From: a candidate division FCPU426 bacterium
Lineage (GTDB): Bacteria > Oederibacteriota > Muellerivitia > Muellerivitales > Muellerivitaceae
NCBI GenBank assembly: GCA_963771075.1
Contig: CAVYSE010000003.1
Location: 320,001-384,000, forward strand
Length of the DNA: 64,000 nt
Direction of reading: 5' to 3'
The translations under genes were made by a program, and so were the position numbers. The notes under the pieces are model-generated. The model saw only the letters and a program-made list of their open reading frames with translations. It had not been told where the DNA came from and made no database searches. Of this stretch, positions 38,101 through 47,309 are shown piece after piece. Each line of letters begins with the position of its first letter. The first letter of the stretch is position 1.

Positions 38101-38892
38101 ATGGACTGGGGCATGAAAAATAGGCTTTCCAAGCTGATCCCTAAGGACGGGCATTGTTTTTATATGCCCATCGACCACGGATATTTCCTGGGGCCCACCC
38201 GATGCCTGGAAAAACCCGGGGAAACCATCAAGCCCCTGCTGGATTACTGCGACGCCCTATTCGTGACCCGTGGCGTCCTTCGCGCCTGCGTGATTCCGGA
38301 GGGCAGCAAGCCCATCATCCTCAGGGTGTCGGGCGGAACCAGCGTCATCGGAAAGGACTTGGCCAACGAGTCCATCACTACTTCCATTGAGGAAATCATC
38401 CGTCTCAACGCCACCGGCGTGGGGGTTTCGGTGTTCGTGGGCACCGATTACGAGAATCAGACCCTCATGAACCTGGCCAAGTTGGTCAATGAGTGCTCCG
38501 ATTACGGGATACCCGTGATGGCCGTGACGGCCGTGGGCAAGGAGCTGGAAAAGCGGGATTCCCGCTACCTGGGCCTTTGCTGCCGCATCGCCGCCGAATT
38601 GGGGGCTACCGTGGTGAAGACCTACTATTGCGCCGAAGGCTTCGACAAGGTCGTAAGCAACTGCCCCGTGCCGGTGGTGATCGCCGGCGGGCCGAAATGC
38701 GAGACCTACAAGGAAGTGCTGGATTTCGTGTACGACGGCATGCAAAAGGGCGCTATCGGCGTCAACCTGGGCCGGAACGTCTGGCAGGACCCCCACCCGG
38801 TGGCGGCCGCCAGGGCCTTGTGGGGCATCATCCATCAGGACATGAACCCCAAGAAGGCTCTCGACCTTTACAACGAAGTCAAAAAATCGTAA
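38101..38892 (+). CDS. lsrF: LsrF-type class I aldolase/thiolase (DhnA family)
   Basis: MDWGMKNRLS, DHGYFLGP, LRVSGG, RIAAELGA..VKTYY, IAGG and GRN motifs. Confidence 0.9.
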   Translation: MDWGMKNRLSKLIPKDGHCFYMPIDHGYFLGPTRCLEKPGETIKPLLDYCDALFVTRGVLRACVIPEGSKPIILRVSGGTSVIGKDLANESITTSIEEIIRLNATGVGVSVFVGTDYENQTLMNLAKLVNECSDYGIPVMAVTAVGKELEKRDSRYLGLCCRIAAELGATVVKTYYCAEGFDKVVSNCPVPVVIAGGPKCETYKEVLDFVYDGMQKGAIGVNLGRNVWQDPHPVAAARALWGIIHQDMNPKKALDLYNEVKKS

Positions 38893-38897
38893 GTATT

Positions 38898-39004
38898 CAC
38901 CGCGAAAGCGCGAAGAAAAGCTTTTTCTTGGTTAAAACATAAATCAAAAACAAAAGGATAAGGTGTTATCCAAAATCCTGTGTTTTCCTTCGCGTCTTCG
39001 CGGT
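38898..39004. repeat. Paired inverted REP-like repeat (CACCGCGAA family)
   Basis: CACCGCGAAAGCGCGAAGAAAA ... TTTCCTTCGCGTCTTCGCGGT. Confidence 0.8.
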
Positions 39005-39049
39005 AAAAGCCTGAAGCCGTTAAAAAATTCAAAATAAGGGCGTTTCAAA

Positions 39050-40075
39050 ATGCGCGTGGCGATGTACTACAAAAACAGCGATGTGCGCCTGCAGGAGATG
39101 CCCGTTCCCAAGATCGGGCCCGGCGAGATCCTCGTAAAGATCCAGGCCAGCGGCATCTGCGGCAGCGACGTCCTGGAGTGGTACCGCGTCAAGAAGGCCC
39201 CCATCGTGCTGGGTCACGAAACCGCGGGTGAGATCACCCAAGTAGGCGAGGGAGTTACGAGATTCAAAATTGGGGACCGGGTCGCCGTTTCCCACCATGT
39301 CCCCTGCAACACCTGCCGCTACTGCCTCGCCGGCAACCATACCGTCTGCGAAACCCTCCATACCACCAATTTCGACCCCGGCGGATTTTCCGAATACGTA
39401 CGGGTTCCCAAGCTCAACGTGGACCGGGGAGTCTTTTTTCTTCCTCCCGAGGTTTCCTTCGAGGAGGGCTCCTTCATGGAACCGCTGGGATGCGTGTTGA
39501 GGGGGCAAAGGCTGGCCCGCCTGATGCCCGGGCAAACTGTGCTGGTGATGGGCAGCGGGATCTCCGGCCTGCTTCATATCATGCTGGCCAAGGCCCTTGG
39601 CGCGGGCAGGGTCATCGCCACCGATGTGAGCCCCTACCGCCTGAAGGCCGCGAAGGACCTGGGCGCCGACGCCGTGATCAACGCCAAGGAGGACGTGCCC
39701 GCCCGCCTGAAGGAACTCAACGGGGGCTGGCTGGCCGAACTGGTCATTGTATGCACGGGGGCCATGGCGGCATTCGCCCAGGCCCTGAAATCAGTGGACC
39801 GGGGCGGAACCCTCATGTACTTCGCCACCACCAACCCCGGGGAGACCTTGCCGGTGCCCATCAACGATTACTGGCGCAACGGCATCACCCTCATGCCCTC
39901 CTACGGCAACAGCCCCTACGACGCCGAGGCCGCGATCGCGTTGATCCGCTCGGGCCGGGTGCCGGTGGGAAAATTGATCACCCACCGTCTGGGCCTGGCG
40001 GAAGCCGCCCAGGGGTTTCAACTGGTCGCCGGTGCGGGGGAATCCATCAAGGTCATTCTCGAACCCCAGCGATAG
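39050..40075 (+). CDS. Zinc-dependent medium-chain (sugar/polyol-type) dehydrogenase
   Basis: GICGSD, GHE, CxxCxxC..C structural zinc site, EPLGC and GSGISG motifs. Confidence 0.92.
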   Translation: MRVAMYYKNSDVRLQEMPVPKIGPGEILVKIQASGICGSDVLEWYRVKKAPIVLGHETAGEITQVGEGVTRFKIGDRVAVSHHVPCNTCRYCLAGNHTVCETLHTTNFDPGGFSEYVRVPKLNVDRGVFFLPPEVSFEEGSFMEPLGCVLRGQRLARLMPGQTVLVMGSGISGLLHIMLAKALGAGRVIATDVSPYRLKAAKDLGADAVINAKEDVPARLKELNGGWLAELVIVCTGAMAAFAQALKSVDRGGTLMYFATTNPGETLPVPINDYWRNGITLMPSYGNSPYDAEAAIALIRSGRVPVGKLITHRLGLAEAAQGFQLVAGAGESIKVILEPQR

Positions 40076-40120
40076 CCGACCGCTTTTTCCCCATCCAAGG
40101 TTTTTACCGCTTTTTCTATC

Positions 40121-40318
40121 TGTCATTGCGAGGAATGCTCCGCGAATAGGGGGCGATCAAGACAAGCTTGAAGTAGTTGGCCAGAATTCGGCCAACCATC
40201 CAAGGGATTTAGCCCATGGACAATCCCAGTTTAAATAAGCCTGTCAAAAAACTCGAAAAGCGAACTGAGATCGCCACGTCGCCAACCGCCCCGATTGGGG
40301 CGGCTCCTCGCGATGACA
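40121..40318. repeat. TGTCATTGCGAGG...CCTCGCGATGACA inverted-repeat element with internal inserts
   Basis: Terminal inverted arms; internal GACAAGCTT...AAGCCTGTC segment and CCGCCCC-GATT-GGGGCGG hairpin. Confidence 0.65.
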
Positions 40319-40412
40319 GCTTTTAAAACCAAACCTAAACAAAGACAAACCACTGGCCCTCTAGGCTCTAAGTTGACACCCCCCATCCCGCTCCATAAGA
40401 TGCAACGCTTAT

Positions 40413-41432
40413 ATGGAACAAGCCCTGCATGTCGAAAACCTCTCGAAAACCTACCGGCGGCGCAAGCGCCAGGCGGGGGTGCTGGGCGCGGTGAAAGCCC
40501 TTTTCGGCGGCGAGGTCGAGGAACTCCAAGCCGTCCGGGACCTGAGCTTCTCGATCCAACGCGGGGAGCGGGTGGGCCTGATCGGCGAGAACGGCGCCGG
40601 AAAATCCACCACCCTCAAGATGCTCACCGGCATCCTGGTGCCCACCGGTGGAAAGCTGGAAGTCTTGGGCCGGGTGCCCTGGAAGGAACGCCGCCAACTG
40701 GCCCTGAACATCGGGGTGGTCTTCGGCCAAAGGCCGCAGCTGCTTTGGGACATCCCGGTGCAGGAAACCTTCGAGCTTTTGCGCACCATGTACCGCATCC
40801 CGAAAGACATATATGAGACCATTTACGGCGAGGCGGTCAAACGATTAAGCCTGGGGCCCCTGCTATCCACCCCCGTTCGCCAGCTTTCCCTGGGGCAGCG
40901 CATGCGCTGCGACCTGGCGGCCTCCCTTTTGCACGCGCCCGCCGTGGTCTTTCTGGACGAACCCACCATCGGCCTGGACCTTTCGGTCAAGGAACAGGTC
41001 AGGGAATTCATCACCGATATCCAGGAAAAGTTCGGCCTCACCCTTTTACTGACCACCCATGACCTGAAGGACATCACCGAAACCTGCGACCGCCTGCTGC
41101 TGTTGGACAAGGGGAAACTGCTGTTCGACGGGTCCATCCGCGACTTCGAGAAGGAATACGCCAGCGACCGGCGCATCGTGGCGGAACTGCACCGGCCCAT
41201 CACGGCCGTGGAAAAGGCCTCGCTTGAAAAGGAAACCTCGCGGTTGGGCGGAAACCTGAAGGAAGCCGAAGGCATCCGCCTGGTCATCGAGCATAAGGAC
41301 GAGGCTTCGGCCCCCCCATTGATCCAGATGCTCCTGGGCCAATTGAAAGTGGTCGACCTGAACCTGGAAAAAACCGACATTGAGACAATCGTCACCCGCA
41401 TTTACCGGCGGCCCGGGGACGGCCCCCGATGA
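40413..41432 (+). CDS. ABC-2 exporter ATP-binding protein
   Basis: GENGAGKST, LSLGQRMR, FLDEPTIGLD and TTH motifs. Confidence 0.95.
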   Translation: MEQALHVENLSKTYRRRKRQAGVLGAVKALFGGEVEELQAVRDLSFSIQRGERVGLIGENGAGKSTTLKMLTGILVPTGGKLEVLGRVPWKERRQLALNIGVVFGQRPQLLWDIPVQETFELLRTMYRIPKDIYETIYGEAVKRLSLGPLLSTPVRQLSLGQRMRCDLAASLLHAPAVVFLDEPTIGLDLSVKEQVREFITDIQEKFGLTLLLTTHDLKDITETCDRLLLLDKGKLLFDGSIRDFEKEYASDRRIVAELHRPITAVEKASLEKETSRLGGNLKEAEGIRLVIEHKDEASAPPLIQMLLGQLKVVDLNLEKTDIETIVTRIYRRPGDGPR

Positions 41433-42265
41433 TCACCCGCGCCCTGTCCTCCCCCCTTAACCTCAAGGAAAATATCAACAGCTACCTGGCCTATTTGAAC
41501 CGTGCCCTGAAGGCTAACTTCGCCTATAAAAGCTCCACCTTCTTGGGTCTCTTTACCGCGGCCCTGACCTATGGGATCACGGTGCTCGTATGGAGATTCG
41601 TCTATGCCCAGGGCGGCCCGGCCAAGGCCCTGAGCGCCAAGGAAATGTTCGCCTACCTGGCCCTCGCCTTCTGCCTGAACTTCGCCTTGACCATCAATAT
41701 CGACCAAAGGGTAGGACAGCGCATAAGGCTGGGCCTGATCGCGACGGACCTCTTGAAACCGCTGGATTTCCAATTGACCCAGGCCGTCCAGGCCCTCAGC
41801 GACGCCCTCTTCAACGGCTTTGTGGGGTTGGGAATCCTGGCGGTGGTCTACTGTTTCCTGGGGGAAGCGGTCCTGCCGAAAAACACGGGTTGCCTCTGCT
41901 ATTTTCTGGCCAGCGTCTTTCTCGGCTTCGTGGTGCAATATTCCATCGTCTTTTTATTTATCCAGGGCGCCTTCTATACCTACAGCGGTTACGGCCTTTT
42001 CGCGTCCCGTATCGCCCTGCACCAGACCTTTTCCGGACTTCAGGCACCCTTAAGCCTCTATCCCCCGATCCTTCTAACGATAGGCCGTTGGCTTCCCTTT
42101 CAGCACATCATCTACACGCCCATTTCTTTATATATGGGCCGGGTGGAGGGCACCGAAGCACTGAACCTGCTGGGAGAACAAGCCCTCTGGGCCGCGGGAT
42201 TATACCTGTTGGGCCATTACACCCTTCGAAAAGCCCTGGGCCAATTGGAAATACAAGGCGGATAA
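41429..42265 (+). CDS. ABC-2 family permease (DUF990-like)
   Basis: Multi-TM; LLKPLD, LPFQ and C-terminal IQGG. Confidence 0.88.
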   Translation: MITRALSSPLNLKENINSYLAYLNRALKANFAYKSSTFLGLFTAALTYGITVLVWRFVYAQGGPAKALSAKEMFAYLALAFCLNFALTINIDQRVGQRIRLGLIATDLLKPLDFQLTQAVQALSDALFNGFVGLGILAVVYCFLGEAVLPKNTGCLCYFLASVFLGFVVQYSIVFLFIQGAFYTYSGYGLFASRIALHQTFSGLQAPLSLYPPILLTIGRWLPFQHIIYTPISLYMGRVEGTEALNLLGEQALWAAGLYLLGHYTLRKALGQLEIQGG

Positions 42266-42440
42266 CAAAGACAGTCGGCAGCTCGCAGTTCACAGTCGAC
42301 AGGTCTACCCCAATTGCGGTTTGCAATTGGGGATACCAAACCTCGCTGTTCGCCTTGAGGCTCACAGCAGGTGGCAGCCACAGCTAAACGCAAGGCGAAA
42401 AAAGAACGGAACGTTGCACTTGGGAAAGTAAATCAACCTA

Positions 42441-42535
42441 CCCTCTCCCCTTGAGGGAGAGGGCCAGGGTGAGGGGTACCGTAGCCAATAAGCCCCCCCT
42501 CATCCCATCCTTCTCCCTCAAGGGGAGAAGGGGAA
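42441..42535. repeat. Two CCCTCTCCC...GGGAGAGGG-type hairpin repeats within the ABC operon
   Basis: CCCTCTCCCCTTGAGGGAGAGGG..GGGTGAGGG and CCCTCATCCCATCCTTCTCCCTCAAGGGGAGAAGG; same family as 28920-28955. Confidence 0.75.
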
Positions 42536-42563
42536 AATAACATAAACCAAATTCGAGGTTCCG

Positions 42564-43349
42564 ATGGATGGTGAATTAAAAATCTACTGGGCGACGTTCA
42601 AGGCTTCCCTCCAGGCAAAACTGGAGTACAAGCTGGATTTTTTCCTGGGTATCCTGACCTCCACCATGCTGCAACTGGCGGCCCTGGGATTCTTGTGGGT
42701 GGTCTTCCACCAAGCCTCCACCCTCCAGGGATGGACCCAGCCCCAGGTGGTCTTTTTGTTCGGCCTGACGGCCATGGGCTTGGGCGGTTCGGAACTTTTC
42801 TTCAACCATATATGGATGGTGCCCTACTACGTGGTCATGGGCGACCTGGACCGCTTGATGGTTTATCCGGTGAGATCCCTTCCCTTTTTGCTCATCTCCC
42901 GGCCCGAGCTGCATTCCTTCGGGAACCTCGCCACCGGCGCCATCCTGGCCGGATGGTCGCTTTGGAAAATGCAGATGCCCTGGACCGACTGGCTGTGGGT
43001 GCCGGTTTGGGCCTTGAGCGGTTCCGTCATCTACACCGCCTGCCTGGTGACCTTTACCAGCCTTTCCTTCCGGTTTGTGGGACCCTACAGTTATACCCTG
43101 ATGATTCCCCACACCCTGCTTCAAGCGAGTCGATATCCCCTCAGTATTTACCCGACCTGGGTTCATTTTATTCTCTTGTTTCTGGTTCCTTATGGGACCT
43201 TTAACTTTCTGCCTGGAAGTTGGGTGGTGGGAAAATTGGCGTCTCCCCTATTCGCCCTCTTGGCCCCGGGCGTCGCCATCCTTTGCGCCTTCATCGCCCA
43301 GGCGGCTTGGGAAAAGGGTCTGCGCCAGTACCAAAGCACCGGTTCCTGA
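42564..43349 (+). CDS. ABC-2 family permease (DUF990-like)
   Basis: LEYK.DF, GW, GDLDRLMVYP, YPLSIY and C-terminal YQSTGS. Confidence 0.9.
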   Translation: MDGELKIYWATFKASLQAKLEYKLDFFLGILTSTMLQLAALGFLWVVFHQASTLQGWTQPQVVFLFGLTAMGLGGSELFFNHIWMVPYYVVMGDLDRLMVYPVRSLPFLLISRPELHSFGNLATGAILAGWSLWKMQMPWTDWLWVPVWALSGSVIYTACLVTFTSLSFRFVGPYSYTLMIPHTLLQASRYPLSIYPTWVHFILLFLVPYGTFNFLPGSWVVGKLASPLFALLAPGVAILCAFIAQAAWEKGLRQYQSTGS

Positions 43350-43382
43350 GCTAAAAGCCGCCTATTGCTTCCCCCAAATAAA

Positions 43383-43413
43383 AATACGCCTGGGAAAGAT
43401 CCCAGGCGTATTT
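43383..43413. terminator. Intrinsic terminator-like hairpin between convergent genes
   Basis: AATACGCCTGGGA-AAGA-TCCCAGGCGTATT flanked by A and T runs. Confidence 0.7.
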
Positions 43414-43558
43414 CCTTCAGACTACTGGCCCATAGGACGGCTTTGTAATATCGAAGGGGAGGGACGAACCCTTGCCCTTCTACCTTCTAGACGGGATGGG
43501 GACCTTTTTATTCCAAAAATTTATTATTTTTCTGCAGAACCCTTGTTTAACTTTAAAC

Positions 43559-44836
43559 TTATTTGTTTTTTCCCAACCAATCCCTGAGTTGTTTGTTGCT
43601 TGGGTCCAAATCCAGGTATTTCTGATAGGCGTCAATGGATTGTTTATAAGACAGGTTCGCCAGATGGGTCCACCCAGGTTTGTAGTTGGGGTCCAATTGA
43701 GTGGCCCGGGAATAGAGGTTCAACGCTTCCAAAACCAACCCGGCACTTTCCTTGATTTCCCCCTGGGCGACCAGGTCGGCCGCGGAGGAGTCGTCTCCCG
43801 CGACATTAAATTTCAAGAGGATGGGCTTGGGAGGCGCGAGGGTTCCGGTCGGAAGTTTTTTCACCGGATTTCCTACGATTCCCGAATCCCCATGTTGATG
43901 GGTGACCTCCGGCCCCGGGCCCAGGTCAAAACAAATGGAGATCTGCTGGGTGCTTCCCAAGTCCCCCTTAAAGTTAAAGCAATAATCCAGCTCCAGGATA
44001 TCGACGACAAACCCTACGCCCATGCTCAGTCCGTTCACGCCGCCCAGCGCGTTATCCGGGAAATCGCAACCGTACCCTGCCCGGAAAAAATATTGTTGCT
44101 CGTTGGCGTATTCCAAACCGAACCGAATGCCGGTTCTTCCCTGGAACGGGAAAACACCGTCCAGGTCCAGGAGGAGACGATTTTCCCCCTTCGCGTCAAA
44201 ATCGATCGGGCTGGCCGCCCCCAATCGAATTTCCTGGGGCAGGTTTTCCCCCGTGGTTTCCACTCCCAGGTTTTGAAGATCCGCCCCCAAACGCAGGAAA
44301 GGGCGCGGCAAGTAAAGGACACCCAGGTCACAAGCCATCCCCGTGGCCATGTGTCCCGCGATATTTTGTTGGAACCATTGGACCCGGGCACCGCCGATCC
44401 AATCCTCGGACAAATTGAATCCCAGGCCGCCCCCTAAGTCGTACTCCAACGGCGTGAAATTCCCGGTTAAATTGCCCGAATCGTCCCTTTGGTCAAAGGT
44501 CCCATAGTTCAAATAACCCAGCTGGACCGCCAGGGTGCCGAGGGTAGGAACCGCCAGGGACCCCGTCGCGTCCTCGAAAAAGCCATCCGCCAGGTAGCTG
44601 GTATGGTTCAGTGAAACCGATTGGCGGTTCCATAGATAGAGCCCAGCGGGGTTGTATTGAAGCGCGGAGAGATCGTCCGCGGCGGCCGTAAAGGCGTCTC
44701 CCATCGCTTGGGCCCGCGCGGATTGTCCCAGGGCAAGCACGGGGAAGGCGGAGGTGGTGGCCGCCCAGGCGGCGGGGGAAATGAGGAAGAGTGAACCCAA
44801 AAGGGCCCTTTTCAGGTGGCCGCCCTTACTTTTCAT
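43559..44836 (-). CDS. PorV/PorQ-family (FadL-like) outer-membrane barrel with C-terminal TPR-like extension
   Basis: Signal peptide, ARAQAMGDAFTAAADD..ALQYNPAGL plug motif, FRAGY, DYCF..GDLG; C-terminal LDPNY/LDPSN TPR pattern. Confidence 0.85.
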   Translation of the reverse strand: MKSKGGHLKRALLGSLFLISPAAWAATTSAFPVLALGQSARAQAMGDAFTAAADDLSALQYNPAGLYLWNRQSVSLNHTSYLADGFFEDATGSLAVPTLGTLAVQLGYLNYGTFDQRDDSGNLTGNFTPLEYDLGGGLGFNLSEDWIGGARVQWFQQNIAGHMATGMACDLGVLYLPRPFLRLGADLQNLGVETTGENLPQEIRLGAASPIDFDAKGENRLLLDLDGVFPFQGRTGIRFGLEYANEQQYFFRAGYGCDFPDNALGGVNGLSMGVGFVVDILELDYCFNFKGDLGSTQQISICFDLGPGPEVTHQHGDSGIVGNPVKKLPTGTLAPPKPILLKFNVAGDDSSAADLVAQGEIKESAGLVLEALNLYSRATQLDPNYKPGWTHLANLSYKQSIDAYQKYLDLDPSNKQLRDWLGKNK

Positions 44837-46359
44837 GGCGATCTCACGACCGCGAATTTATGCGTGGAAGAGGTTTGTTTTCCACTCGGCCCGTTGGTGT
44901 CCACCAGGTAATAATAAATCCCATGGGCATAACCGGTCAGATCGAGGGGGTAATGGTTGACCCCCGCGTTCCCCGTGATGGCTATGTTTTGCACCAGCCG
45001 GGCGGCCGCGTCATAGATCCTTAGGTTCCCAGTCCCGTTCTCGCATAACTCGATCATGATCGTCAGGCTGTTGCCCGGGGCCGGATCGGGATAGGCATAG
45101 GTGTCGATCATTTGGCCGCAGGGAACGAAGGTGGGGGTGATCGTGGCCGTGGGGGTGGGCGACCGGGTGATGGAGGGCGTGGCCGTGGGATAGGGCGTGG
45201 GCGACCGGGTCGGGGTCAGGGACGGCGTCGGGGTTGGAGTCACCGAGGGGGTCGCGGTAAATGTCGGAGTGCACATAGGTCCGAAATTCCATACCTTCGC
45301 ATTGATGTAATCCACCACATAAAGGTTTCCCGAGGGGTCAAAGGCGAGGGATTGGAGGGTGAAGCCTGGAGTCATGCTCGCGGCGGGCGTCGCGACCGCC
45401 GGGACCGCCAGGATGTCGCCGGTCGCCGCGGAAACTTCCTTGACGGCGTAATTCCCGTTATCGGTGAAATAAAGGTTTCCCCCGCAGCCGATAGCCATGG
45501 CCCCGTAGAAAAAATTTAATGCGGAGAGGGTCGCCGGTACGTTGTTGCCGGAAGGACCCATGGTTCCATTGCCTGCGAAAGTCGTCAAGGCCCCCGTCGT
45601 GGCCGAAACCTCATTGATGACGTTATTCATCCAATCGGAAATATAAAGGTTGTTCTGGCCGTCCAAGGCGACCATCAAGGGTTCGTTCAGCTCCCCGAGG
45701 GTCGCGGTCCCGTTATCCATATACCCCGTGACGCCGTTTCCGGCCACAGTGGTGATCAGGTTGGCGGCAAAATCCACCCGTCGGATGACGTTATTTTCCG
45801 TGTCGGCGATGTAAAGCCGGTCCAAGGTATCGAATCGAACGCCAATCGGGTAATTCAATTCCGCATGAAGAGGATCCCCGCCGTCGCCCGTGAAGCCGTA
45901 CTCCTCATACTGGCCGACCACCGTGGTCAGCAGGCCGGTCAAGGCGTCCACCTTTCGTATCACATCGTTGTTGTAATCGGCGACGTAAAGGTTGTCGTGG
46001 GAGTCAAAACACAGCGCGGCTGGATAATTGAAGGCGCCAGAGGTCGCGGGGCAGTTGTCGGTATAGGCCACCAGGGAAACGGTTCCGGCGTAAACGGTGA
46101 TGATCCCGGTGGACGCGTTGACCCGCCGAATGGTGTTGCTGAACGCGTCGGCGATGTAAAGGTTGCCCTTCGAGTCAAAGGCGATGTCATTGGGTTCCCC
46201 AATGTCGGCAAGGGTGGCGGGGCCATTGTTTCCCGAATAACCGGACGTCCCAGTTCCGGCAACCAAGGTAACGGCCCGGCTTTGGATAGGGTTCAGAAGA
46301 AAAATAAACAAAGCCAATCTCGACAGTGAACCGAACACCCTGATCCATCGCACGGACAT
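44833..46359 (-). CDS. Secreted NHL-repeat beta-propeller with Pro/Thr linker and T9SS-CTD/FlgD-Ig-like C-terminal domain
   Basis: Repeated GNLYIAD..N.IR.V...TVAG.G; TPTPT linker; YAYPDP...IYDAAARLV...GIYYYLV...KFAVVR. Confidence 0.85.
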   Translation of the reverse strand: MSVRWIRVFGSLSRLALFIFLLNPIQSRAVTLVAGTGTSGYSGNNGPATLADIGEPNDIAFDSKGNLYIADAFSNTIRRVNASTGIITVYAGTVSLVAYTDNCPATSGAFNYPAALCFDSHDNLYVADYNNDVIRKVDALTGLLTTVVGQYEEYGFTGDGGDPLHAELNYPIGVRFDTLDRLYIADTENNVIRRVDFAANLITTVAGNGVTGYMDNGTATLGELNEPLMVALDGQNNLYISDWMNNVINEVSATTGALTTFAGNGTMGPSGNNVPATLSALNFFYGAMAIGCGGNLYFTDNGNYAVKEVSAATGDILAVPAVATPAASMTPGFTLQSLAFDPSGNLYVVDYINAKVWNFGPMCTPTFTATPSVTPTPTPSLTPTRSPTPYPTATPSITRSPTPTATITPTFVPCGQMIDTYAYPDPAPGNSLTIMIELCENGTGNLRIYDAAARLVQNIAITGNAGVNHYPLDLTGYAHGIYYYLVDTNGPSGKQTSSTHKFAVVRSP

Positions 46360-46541
46360 TGGGACTTCCTGGGCTCTAAATATGGATGCAAATCCTAGTT
46401 CTAAAAAAAGAGAAGACGATTTTACCTATTTTTCACCAATGTCGGAACCGGGATAAATGGCAAGACAATCATCGCCGGGATGGAAAAATACTCACGCATT
46501 GAGTTAAGCGGACCCAATCTCAAATGGTCGCGCAAGGGGCT

Positions 46542-47309
46542 TCAGGGGGCTTGCTGAAGATGCACGGTGGTGGATTGGGTTTTCCCCGCGGAAAGCAAAG
46601 TGACCTGGTAATTCCCCGGCGAGAGCTCCCGGCCCTGATCATCCTTCCCATCCCAGTCAAGGGTGTGATCCCCGGCTTTCCACACCCCTTTGTAGAGCGC
46701 TCTCACCGGCATGCCGTTGGAATCCAAAATTTTGATTAGAACGGGCTGGGTCTTTTCCACATGAACGGCCATGCGGATAAAGTTGCCTTCCTCGGCCAAA
46801 CCCGTCGATTTCCTGGGTTCGGGCGTAAGCTGGCTTTCACGGGAAGGCTTGTTCAGGGAAGAAACCGGCCCGGCCGAAACGACGGGAGTTTTTTTGCGGA
46901 AGGACTGCGCGGCGGGCTCGTCCTGCAAAACAACCAGTGAAAGAGGCTCTTCTTTTGAGGAGTTCGCCCCCACCGAGATGGAAGGGTTGGATAAAAGCGT
47001 CCATAAACTGTAGCCCATTGCGCCAAAAGCAGCCAAGACCAATAAAATTTTCCAAGCGAGTTGAAGGTAAAGGTTCCAGGGGCGGGGTTGGGCGGAACGC
47101 CAAATATCCGCCATTTTCGGCTCAAGGCGGGCGGCCATGGCTTCCACTTGGGAATCGGGCAAGGTTCCCAATTTCTCCGCGAGGGACTCCGTGACCTTTT
47201 CGGCAAAAAGCGGGTCTTGACGGACCAACTTGTCAAATTCCGATTGGGCCTCGGGGGTCAGGTTCCCATCCAGGAAAATTTTCAGTAATATTTCGGGTTG
47301 GAATTTCAC
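46542..47309 (-). CDS. Putative anti-sigma factor: cytoplasmic N-terminal domain, one TM, C-terminal FlgD-Ig-like domain
   Basis: FLDGNLTPE N-terminus, TM, ILDSNG.PVR.L...WDGKDDQG..LSPG.Y; overlaps the ECF sigma stop. Confidence 0.78.
   Translation of the reverse strand: MKFQPEILLKIFLDGNLTPEAQSEFDKLVRQDPLFAEKVTESLAEKLGTLPDSQVEAMAARLEPKMADIWRSAQPRPWNLYLQLAWKILLVLAAFGAMGYSLWTLLSNPSISVGANSSKEEPLSLVVLQDEPAAQSFRKKTPVVSAGPVSSLNKPSRESQLTPEPRKSTGLAEEGNFIRMAVHVEKTQPVLIKILDSNGMPVRALYKGVWKAGDHTLDWDGKDDQGRELSPGNYQVTLLSAGKTQSTTVHLQQAP

Noticed and set aside
42272..42302. Heptamer run CAGTCGG-CAGCTCG-CAGTTCA-CAGTCGA
   Set aside because: Short and degenerate, with no inverted partner or second copy seen; not enough to call.
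1134..42535. CRISPR array
   Set aside because: The repeats are dispersed inverted pairs, not regularly spaced direct repeats with unique spacers, and no cas genes were recognised.
45130..45275. Low-complexity GGGGTCGGGGT-type tandem repeats
   Set aside because: They encode the Pro/Thr linker of the NHL protein and are not an independent DNA element.
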